Virus record (IMG/VR): IMGVR_UViG_3300034374_005666
Location: 1-64,000 of that record
DNA: 64,000 nt
Direction: 5' to 3' (one strand)
From: a virus
The translations under genes were made by a program, and so were the position numbers. The notes under the pieces are model-generated. The model ran no database searches. It was given only the letters and a program-made list of their open reading frames with translations, and was not told the origin of the DNA. Within the stretch, counting starts at the first letter, position 1. Each line of letters opens with the position of its first letter. Positions 20,225 to 32,200 of the stretch are shown here, piece after piece.

Positions 20225-23200
20225 ATGTCTAAGAGAAGAAAAGAAGAAGTTACTCCACCTACATTTAATGAGGTAGTACAGCAATTGTCTAAAGGTAGAA
20301 TAGATGATACTGGTTTAAACCAAATACAAGGTAGACCAGTACCACAACAGACAGAATTTGATTTAGAAGAAACAGGTCAGACTTGGGCAGATCAATCTGC
20401 TACTGAAGTTAGAGATCAAATGGCTGCTAATCAGCCTAACAGTAGAGCTATTGCTAATAGTTTATTTCAGATAGGTACTACTATTGCTGGTGATACAGTA
20501 GCTGGTATTGGTTATCTTGGAGAGCTTAAAGATATACAAGATATTGTAGCAGGTACAGAGACTGAATGGGGTAACTGGCTAACTAACATTGGTGACAATA
20601 TTAAAGAATGGGGTCAAGATGTAGCTCCTGTATATGCCAGTGAGTCAGCTATGCAAGGGTTTAAGCCTTGGGATGGTGAATGGTGGGCTACTAATATTCC
20701 AAGCATAGGCAGTACATTTGCACTTATGCTACCTGCGGCAGGAGCTGCTGGAATAACCAGTAAGCTACTAGGTAGAGCTGGAAATGCAGCTAAGATAGCA
20801 GGTAGGTTATCATCTACTCAGAAAGTACTTCCAGGTATATCTGCGGCAGTTACTTCACGTCATATTGAGAATATGATGGAAGGTAAAGAGGTATTTGATA
20901 CTGTCTACAATAAAGCCATCCAAGCTGGTAAATCTGATCCAGAAGCCAGAAAGATTGCAGGTAATGCAGCCAGTCAGAGCTACAATACCAACTACATTAA
21001 CTTGCTTACAGACATTCCTCAATATCTTGCAGCAGGTGGTTTCTTTGGTAAGCTTGCAGGTGGTACTGGTAAAAAAGCTATAGGTAAAGAGTTGCTGTCT
21101 TCAGTAGGGCAAGAATCTATTGAGGAAGCTATGCAATTTGTTATTAGCAAGGAAGCAGAAAGAACAGGAGTTCTGGATATAGAAGGTAAAGATGAAGATG
21201 GCACTAACTTTGGTCAGAGACTGACTGGATATCTGCAAGACCCACAGTTATGGACAGCTAGTTTCTTTGGTGCTCTTGGTGGTGGTATGTTTACAGCAGG
21301 TAGCAGAGCTATTGAAAAGACTGTAGATTTAATGACTACTGACCCAGCAGAAAGACAAGATAAAGCTATGATGAATCTTGTCGAAGATGCTATTGATAAA
21401 GGTGACTTCGATCAATTAAAGGCTGCTGTAGCTGAAATGCGTAAAGCTAATCCAGAAGATTTAGGCATGAGTCCTGAAGTTTACAATAAGAATCTGGACA
21501 AACTAGATCAGTTAGCTAAACATGCAGAGAGCTTCTACAGTAGTGCTCCAGCTGAGTTTAGAGAAGAAGCTACCAAGCTTGGAGTAAAAGCTAAAAAGCT
21601 TGAACTGGATAAGATTGATACACAAACTCAGATTGAAGCTATTAAAGCTAATGTGTCTGACACAAAAGCTTTTGATGCGTACATGAATGAGCTTCAACTT
21701 GCTGCACTTAGTAACAATACATCCAAGCAGGCTAAGGAGTATAAGGCACAATTGGAGAAGTCTCTTGAAGATGTAGAGTACAATAAATCAGACTTTGCTG
21801 CATACAGTAGCCAGATGAGACAAGCTGCTAAAAAGATGGCTATTTCTAGTGTAGAAGCTATGAAGACCAATGAGGAGTTAATGAAATATGAAACTCTTGA
21901 AGGCCAGCAAGAAATAGCAAAAGCTAAAGCTAAGCAGGCTGAAGCTAAAGCTAAACAAGAGTATCAGGAAGCTCTGGCTAAAGCAGAACAAGCTACTACA
22001 CCAGAAGAGATTGAGAACAGCCCGATTACAGACGAAGATAAAGGCAGACTGTTTTCAGAGAAGCTTGTACAAGACAAGAAAAATATAGCTCAAGCTATTA
22101 GGGCTATACCTAAAAACTCTATAGAAAGTAGAGAACAAGCTGAGTCTCTTGCTGATTCTATCTTGTCTGAAACTCCATTCTTGAACAGTCAACTTGATAG
22201 TTCAAGACGTAATGATCTTGTAAACAAACTACTCCAGGAATATGGTCAGGCTAAGACACAAAAGGAAGTACAGAGTCAACAGGAACAAACGCCACAAAAA
22301 AGCTCTCGTATTGAAGAAATTCCAGAAGGAGCACAGAGTTATTACACCAGACGTAATGGACAGCGTGAAGATGTCAGTAAAAGAACTGACGCTAATAAAG
22401 GAGCTGGATGGTATAGACAAAATGGAACTAGAGTAGGTGATTCAGATTATATTAATGAGGCTACAGAGAATTACTTTAGTGAAAGTAAACAGACAAAAAC
22501 ATCTTCAACAACAGGTGATAATATAAACAAAAGAGTAAGTACTATTTATAATAATGATTTTGTGTCTGAAAGAAATTCTGTTGTTTATGTAGGGAATAAA
22601 TTTAAAATACAAGTTTTTAAAGAGCTGTTTAAAACAAATTATATAGTAAGTGTAGCTGTAAAAGATAGTAGTACTTCTACAGGATTTAGAGTCAGAAAAG
22701 ATATGTCAAAGGAGTTTTCTACTATGGACCAAGCTCTTGAGTATGCAGATAGAGTAGCAAGTAAAGACACCCTTACACAAACTTCGCCTACTCAGAAAGA
22801 TGATATAGAAAAAAGAAGACGAGAAGAATTAGAATATTGGCAAGCGGAAGATAGACAAAAGAAAATTAAAGAAGGTAGAGAAATTACTAAAAAAGTACTT
22901 AAAAATCTCAAAAAGAAATATCCTTCAACTACTCTTCAAGGTATTGTTATAAGATTACTAGAAAAAATAATTGATTTTAACACTTTTGCTATAATCAATT
23001 CTGAAGGGTTAAAACTTCCAGGTGGGAAGGATGCTACTAAATTTGGGGCATTGGCTACAGGAGAAGGAATGGCTATGCGACAAGATAGAATTGATGCTTT
23101 ATTAGAAGGAAATGTCGATGCTGTAAAAACCTTTATACATGAATTAGTACATACTTTTACAAAAGAAAAAGTCGGAGAGTATCAAATGGAAAAATCTGGA

Positions 23201-26200
23201 TTAATTCCAGGTTATAAAGCTAAACTTACAGAAAAAGAAAAAAAGGCATTAACAGAATTAGAAAGAATTTATAATAAAGTTAAACAACAATTTCCTTCTT
23301 CAACAGAGTATGGACTTACTAATTTAGATGAATTTTTAGCAGAGGCTTTTAGTAATTATAGTTTTCAAGCCACATTAAAAGAACTAAAATCAGAAGGTAA
23401 AAAAACTTCTTTATTTAAAGAATGGTTAAATGCAATATCTGATTTATTTTATGAATCTTTAGTTAAATGGAGTAAAAGATTTAATAAACCTATTCCACAA
23501 AAATCTGAGATTATTGGAATATTAGAAGATATAATGGGATGGACTGAAGATTTAATAGGAGAAGAATTATTAAAATTAGAAGTTACTACTGAAGAAATCA
23601 ATGCTAAATATGATGCAGAATTAGCTTTTTTAGAAACTCAAGTACCTACACAGCAAGATATAGCTGAAGGTGTAGTAGATCAGGAAGCAACTGATATACT
23701 TAATGCTGATCCAGTACAAGAAATATTTGATAATAAAGATAAAGCAGAAGCTCAAGAAGAAGTAGAAGAACAAGTAGAGAATACTACAGAGGATGAGCCA
23801 CAGACTATTGGGCCATATGATAATCCAGAGCAAGGTGGTGATTTACTAGGTACATCCAGAGAAGCTGAAGCAGAACCTAATGTTGCTGTATTCCATGATA
23901 TAGCTATGGCTATGCTTTTACCTAATGGTAAATATAAACTGTATGGTTATGGTAAACCTTGGCTTGAATATACAGAAGAGCAACTGTCTGATTATATCCT
24001 ACCTAAAGTAGAAGGCAAATCACAACCTCTAAAGTATAAGGCAAACAATAATCCTGTTCCAACTGAATGGCAGAGTAAATACTTAAATTCAGAATCTAAT
24101 CTTGAAATGGTTAGAGCATTTGCTGAGTCAATGCCTGATTGGAGAGATAGAGAAGTATTTATTGAAATCAATGATGATACATACAAGGATAATGCTAATG
24201 AAATCAAGATGCATCTTATTATGGTCAGAGATGACACTAAGAAGGTCTATCTTGGTCTGTTGCGTAATCCTGCTAATACAGCAGACAGTGTTAAACTTGC
24301 AGCTATTAGAGAGCAGATATATGCTGAATATGTAGCACAAGGTAAGCCAGAAATGTTTAGGTCTGGTTTAACTACACGTCTGTCACAAGTATCTACAGGT
24401 AGAGTATGGAATACTAATCAGCGTAATAAACCTGCTGATGTACTTGGAGATGATCTTATAGCTGGAATAGGTATTACTGCTGGTGAAACTACAGAACTGG
24501 TTACTAATGGTACAGATATACGCAGAGGCAGTGGTAGAGTAGCTCCAGTAAACAATCCAACAGCAGGTGGTGTATATCTGGCAGTTGATTCAGCAGATGG
24601 TGGTCAGATATGGTATAGAGCATTTACCAAACGACTGGATAGTGAAAGCTATATCCAAGAGAATGAACTACCTGTATTTGAAGAAATCTTTGGCTATGAG
24701 CAGGTAACTTATCTGGAAGCTATTAGAAGGTTGCTTGGTGTAGCTCAGAGTAATCCAGACTTATGGAAAAACAGATGGTCTGATATTAGAAATGAAATCA
24801 GGTCTATTGTTAGATTTAACAACAAAGGTAAAATACAGCCAGACTTTCGTGCAAACTTTGCTGAGTTCCTGAATGAAAAGCATGAAGGCAGTATAGACAA
24901 CTATCTTACAAGCCTAAATACAAGATTTAATTTCTATGGTCTGCCACTACAGGTAGACTCAAGAAAGATTAATACAGGCAACTACAATGAGCTTATACTA
25001 AACAACAGAGTAGAGATTGATGTCAATCCAGACCAACATACTCATAGTACACAATTTAGTGTAGACTTAGACAGTGTAGAACTTGGAGTTGTAGAAAAGC
25101 AGGATTTTGAAAATGACTTTGAAGGTGAAAGTTTAGACGGCATTAGTCTTCAGTTAGGTGGAGAGCCTATTGGAACTAAAGAACAAGCTGTAGCTTATCT
25201 TGAATCTATTTTACCTAATGTACCTGTACATATAATAGATAAGACTCTACGTATAGGTAATCAGGAAGTATTTGGATATTTTAGTAATGCAGGTATTACG
25301 CTGCTCCGTAATGCTGGATTGAATACAGCTAAACACGAAGCTGCACATATTGTATTTGAATTTGGACTGTCAGAGCGTGAACAACGCAGATTACTTGAAC
25401 AAGCTAAGAGTAGTTTTAGCTTGACTAAAGATGATTTAGACAGAGCCAGACTTGCGCTATCTAAACTAAATAGTAATAGAACTCCTGAGCAATACGCTTT
25501 GATTGAAAAAATCATGGAGGAGTTTGAGACTTATACTATAAGTGGAGATACAAGTCTTGCAGGTAGAGTTAAGTCTATATTCAAACGTTTGCTTGAATAT
25601 CTTAAAATGGTATTCACTAATAGAATATCTCTTGATGGTTTCTACTATAGAATAGATAGTGGTCTATACAAAAATATAGACTTATCTAGTGTGTCTAGTA
25701 ATTATCAGCCAGCATTTAAACTGCATGGATTTAGATCAGAAGCTGAACGTCAGACAAGAGTAAAGTCTACAGTAAGTATGCTGGACAGAATTATCAAAAG
25801 TATAGCTGATGTAGATAAGATTAGTATTGATGATGCCTATCGTAAAGCACTGGCTGATTTAGATAATGTCTTTACAGGAGACATGCTGAAATACGGTGGT
25901 TCAATTAAACAGCGTATTGAGAAAAGAGCTACTAAGGTTAATAAGCCAGAAAGCTTTAATCTGTATTTGTCTGCTATTGAAAATGCTGATTTCAGACAGA
26001 GTGTGTTAGCCAAAATGTCTACTAGAGGTATCAAGGTTAAATTTGAACCAGAAGATATATCTACAGAAAATGAAGATGCTGTAGAGAATTGGCAAAAATC
26101 TGTATTCCAGTATAGCCAATTGAAATCAATGTCTGCGAGACTGCGTAGAGCATTAAGTGTACTACCTGTACTCAAAACACCTACAGTGGATGTTCTTACT

Positions 26201-29200
26201 AAGATGGCTAAAAAAAGACCTTCAGTCATTGTATCTAATATTAAAGAACTGAACGAATTAGATAATGAAGTTAACCATATAGTAAGTTCAAGTAGTATTG
26301 TAGGTAGACGTCTTACAGACTCTGGATGGCATAGAGTGAATATAGATGGGACTAAGCATTATCTGAGAGATGTGTTTGTACCAGAATATGATGATCTTGG
26401 ATTTATTAAAATGCATGAAGGATCAAAAATCTATGGTGATTTACAGTATAAGCTAGGAGACTCTGCCAGTCCTAAAAACATGATGGATAGGTTGAATAAT
26501 CTTCAAGACTATCATTATAAGTTTTTACTGAGTAAGCTGGATAGTGCTTTAGCTACTGAGCTATGGTATTATGTTGGACAAAAGAATCAACCTGAGTTTA
26601 ATGATATTGTAAATGTAGATGGTACATATGGTATACGTTCTTCTGGTACAGATAATGTACTAAACAAGATTCTCAATGATAGCTTTGATTATTTCTCAAA
26701 CAGTAACTACTATGATAATGGAGAAGTAAAAAATGCTGATAGGATTAAAGCTCTAGTCGATAAGGTCAGAAAGAGTGAAAGCCCAGATGCTATTGTAGAG
26801 CTTAACAATATGTTGTTTGGTCTGGATAATAATGTTCTATTGAACATGAATGTAAATGATTATCTAACTCAAATGACTAATGCAGCTCTTGCTATTGCTG
26901 ATGGAAACTTAGACTTTAACAATAGACAGTTTAAGAATTTCTTTAAAATTGTAGCTGAAAAATATCCTGTAAGCTTTCAATCTTCACATATTAACATAGA
27001 AGGTGAGAAGATATTTGAATGGATTAATAGTAGCTTCTTAGGCAAAATGGTTGCTAAGCTCAAATCTGGTGAGTTCAATTGGGATTTCTATCGCAATGAT
27101 CCTATGTACAGTCGTCTAATGGATAAAGGTGTAATTGACCCAAGAGTATGGGCTAAAGCCAGATGGTCTATCATAGGCGGTGTTAAGCACAATAAGAAAG
27201 GAGCAGGTGTAACATACAATAACTTCTCTGATAAAGATTCTGCCATAGCTTTGTATACAATGGTTAAAGAAGGCTGGTACAATACCAGTATTCTATCTGA
27301 TGCTCCTGTAATGACTGCTATTAATCTTGGCAAAAAGAGTACAACAGAAGCTGTCAATGATCTGTTTGAATTAGCCATAGCTGAAGATATTAGAAATAAG
27401 AATATAGATAAGCATAAGTCCAAGTTTGGTAGATATGCAGCTGAGTTCAGTTTCTTTGAAGGAGATGAAATGCCTACTAAGTCTGATATACAAAGACAGA
27501 TTAAAGAAGAAGCTGATAAACTTGAGCGTAAGTTTATGGAACTTGGATTGATTGAGGATGGCAAGATGGTTATAGATGGTTCTACAATAGATACATCTAT
27601 TATGCAGAATCTTGTAGCTAACTATATTCTCAATGAAGCACAGATTATTCTAATGACTCAAGGTGATCCTGCATTCTATAAAGGTTCTGCTGATTTCTTT
27701 AAAAGAGCTAAAGAGGTATGGTCACCAGGTAACTACATGGATACTACAGCTAGTTACGAAGCACCTGATGGTACAGTAACTACCTATCCCAGCAATGGAA
27801 AGTATAATGTAGGTATACTAAAAGATATTGAAATGCCTAGCCCTCAGCTTGAGGAGATGAGAAAAGCACTTGCAGGCAGAGATCAAGATACTATTGACAG
27901 GATTACAGCAGCTTATGGATATAGCAATGATAAAGATGAAAAAGGCAAGCCTATAGTCAGACTAAGTGATGGGTCTGTTGTACCTACAAAGAATCCAAAC
28001 TTGGCAGATGCACAGGGTATTATAGATATACTGACCTACAAGATGAGGCTGCTTGGTGAAAACAGATGGTCACATGCTAAAGAGTTTGCATATAGGCTTA
28101 TTACTCAAGGTATCAGTCCAAGATCAAAGAACCTACAGACTGAGATAGATGCATTTACTACAGACCAACAGATTAGAGATGAGATTAAGAAAGAACTAGG
28201 CAGTATTGTATTCCAACCTATTAAACCTTTCTATTTTGCACATCATTTGTTGAATAATGTACTTGTATATCCTGTACAAAACAAAGACTCTGAGTACCTG
28301 CTTACACCTATGTTTGCTCAAGGTAACCCTGAACTGGAAAGTGTACTGACCAAGATGGGATATACTAAAACTGATACAGGTTGGGTATTGGATGTAGAAG
28401 GTAGAATGAATGGTAGATATGTAGATAAGTTTGTATTTGAATCAGGTATTAAAATCCCACTTGGAGATCAAATATCTACTCTTGAAGACATAGATGATAC
28501 CAAGTATGTTCAATTCAATTGGTCTGATTACAGAAGGCAGATGGAAACACCTGCAAACTACGTTGATACAGATAAAAATTTTGGTACTCAGATTATGAAG
28601 TTGATATTTGCTGACGTAGAAACTGAAGACCTGCTTGAAGCTAAGAGAGAATATAATAGGTTAATCCAAGAAGACATACGCAGATCATTGTCTGAATTGA
28701 AGAACAGACTGTATAAAGAAGGTGAGTTAGATACACAGGCTGTAGTTAATATACTTAGAGAGGAAGTACTTGAAAGAGGTCTGTCTGACCAATATATAGA
28801 AGCACTTGAAGAAAATACACTGGATGCTATTGAAGGAGTAAATACTAAACTGCCTTTGTACCATCCTCTGCATAGCTATAGAATAGAAGCTATCATTAAT
28901 AGCTTGTACAAGAACAGAGTGACTAAGCAAAAGTTTCTGCAAGGTGTAGCACTCTATAATGTTTCCAGCTATGGTCTGTCCAAGAAGCCAAAGATTGTAT
29001 ATGAGAATGGGCGTATTAAGCATATCCAAGCATATGCTCCTGTCTATACTAAAGCACTGGAGAAATACAGACTGGAAGATGGTACTATAGATATAGATAC
29101 CATACGTGAGCAAGCTCCAGAAATGCTTGAAGGTTTAGTATATAGAATACCTACAGAGGATAAATATTCTATGTTTCATATCGAAATTATTGGTTTCACT

Positions 29201-32200
29201 GATGATGCCTCTGGTGGTGGTATTATACTCCCACCTGAAGTTACTACTATAGCTGGTCTGGACTTTGATATTGATAAAGTCTATGGTTTCTTTAATGCTG
29301 TTGACAACCCATATGATAAAGCTATAGCATCTATAGAGAGAAGAATACAATCTGAATTTGACAAGACAGATATTACAAGCCTAACTGATGAGGATTGGAA
29401 TAATGTATTTGATAAACTGTATGAAGATAGAGCTGAATTTGAAGCAGAAGTTAGACAGGTTATTGCTGATGATATTGCAGGTAAAGGTAAGTATGAGAAA
29501 CTAAAAAGAAGGCAAAAACAGTGGCAAGCTAAAGCTGATTCAGATAATAGAAAGCTTGAGCTAATGAGACAGGTACTCAGCCATAAGAGTATGATTGAAA
29601 ATATATTGACTCCAGGTGGCTTTGAACAAATTAGGTCTGTGTCAGATGTAGTTAAGAAAGCACAAGGTATATCTGATGACTTGTCTATTAATAAGATGAC
29701 AGATATTATATCTGTTATCAGACGTATGAATACTGGTAACGCATTGATTGGTATTGCTGCAAACTATAACGTAGCAAGAGCACTATGGCAAGGGCATGAT
29801 ATTAGTTTGGATTCAGGCTTTATGTTTGATGGTCAAATGTATACTGATCTATCCAGTGTTACTAGAAATGGTATTAGACCTGGCAGATCAATTGCAGAAA
29901 GTTTGGCTGCTGCTGCAGATAATGGAAAAGATCCATTGGCTGAGTTTATAAACCTGAATACTTATACAGCTGACTTAGCACTGACTATGCTTGCTACTGG
30001 TATGTCTATAGAAACTGTAGCTCTGTTTATGAGCCAGCCTATAGTTAAGCAGTATGCTAATTACTACTTCAATAACGATCAGGAAGAAGCAGGTCTGCCT
30101 ACTATGTCTGAAGTGGATGAGGAGTTTCAACCTCATCCTTTAACTACAGAAGAGCTTGAGAAAGGATTAGATGAAATGGATATTAATGCTCCTTATGATC
30201 CAGATGCTATAGTACCTGAGTTGCAGCTTAAAGTTATTGAGAACTTTGTGCATTATATGCAAATAGCTAAGCCAGTAAGTATGCTTGTAGGCAGAACTAA
30301 AATACCTGATTCTGGTACAGGCCCAACTCAGGCTGATAATGTAGATAGCATAGTTAAATATGATGAAGCTAAAATACCTGATCCAGATCTTAACAGTATA
30401 GCTATGATTAATGGAGCTACTGATTATTTGCGGGCTAATACTTTTATGAATACTTTTTACGAGTCTACATTTCCTGAAGTACAGGAAGTATTTAAGAGTC
30501 TTGGATTTCCTAAACTTACAAGAGGTTCAAGCTTCTACAGAGTAATGGATAAGCTCAAAAATATTAGTGGTGATTTCTTGAGTGCAAATGAGATTAACAG
30601 ATTACTTACACACTTTTTGGATTATCTATCTTATGGCTTTGAGACTTACAATCCATCAAATCTTGTAAATCTGAATGAGACTGTAAAAGATCAATTATTT
30701 AAGTATAAGAAGTATCTTAAAGACAATAATCTGAAGAATGACTTTATAGATAGATTGAGTTTTAAAGATGGAGCTATTCAGTTCAATGGTATTATAGGTG
30801 TTGAATCTACTGAAGAAACATACCTGCGTAATCTATGGTATGAGATGCTGTCTAATAATGAGTCTGTAGATGGATTTACTGTAGCTGATTTAGCTAATAA
30901 CCTGATTAAGTACAGCTTCTTTAGAACTGGTTTTAGATTAGCTGGTAAGAAAGGCTTTAGCCACTTGCATCCTGTTGGTTACTATGCTACACTTGTAGAC
31001 AGTAATGGGCAGAGCTTCAATCAGTATATCACTAAACAAATACAGAGCAATAATGGTAATGATCCAGCACATGATGTATTTGTAGAGCAGTATATCAGAA
31101 ACAATTATAGAAACCTGAGCTATGTACCTTTTGTTGAAGTAGAGCAAGGTCAAGAACCTCTGTATGACCCAGGTCATAAACAATACATAAAGACTAATAA
31201 AGGTTTATACAAAGTTAATCATGTAGAAAGAACAGTTAAGTTTATACCTGATCTTGGACAATACTATCAAGCTCCACTTGATCCTATGGATATAGTTATG
31301 GGAGCTAAACCTAAAGAACCAGTTGAATTGTTTAAAGAGTATTATCCAAGAATACCTGCACCTACAAGTGTATTCAATAAGAAAGCTGTACCTATTGAAA
31401 AGGTCAAACCTGAGATTAAACCTATTATTCCAGTAGCACAACAATCTCAACCTGTACAAGAGACTACTACAGTAAAGCCTACTCAACAACCTGTAACACA
31501 ATCTACTCCTGTACAGTCCACAGTTAAAGAAGGAGTTTCTGAAGTATTCAATCAAACTCCTAAACTATCTAGTATAGGCACACAAGAACAATATTCTCAA
31601 TATTTAGATACTATATTTCCTGATAGTAAAGTGAAAGATATTGTTTATCATGGTTACAAGTTAATAAAAGATGATTTGAAAATTGAAAAATTTGATAAAT
31701 CAAAAGCCCCCAAAGGTTTTTATTTTACTACAGACAAAGATTATGCTAAAAGTTTTACTGAAAAATATACTAATGTAAAAGAATCTGGAATAATCAGCGC
31801 CGTTTTAAATTTAACTAATCCTAAAAAACAAAAAGATTTATTTAGAACAAATCCTAAAATAGCTACTATTGAAAATAAAGATGGTTTTATTGGTAATGAT
31901 ATGGGTTTTGAAAAAGAAAATGTTTTTGTAGTATTTGAACCAGAACAAGTTCACATATTAGGTTCTAAAAAAGATATAGAAGGATTTAAAGAATTTGTCA
32001 ATCAAACTCCTGTACAAAGTTCTTCAGAAGGACAACAAACTATTCAGAAACCTGTACAAACAACATCTGTTAGTAAGAAAACAGGTATGTTTAATCCTTC
32101 TGATAAAACATTAAAACCAGGTGCAGTAGTAACTTACAATAACAAGAAGTATATTCTGTGGAATATCAACAATGCTAATAAAGCTCAATTGATACAGACA

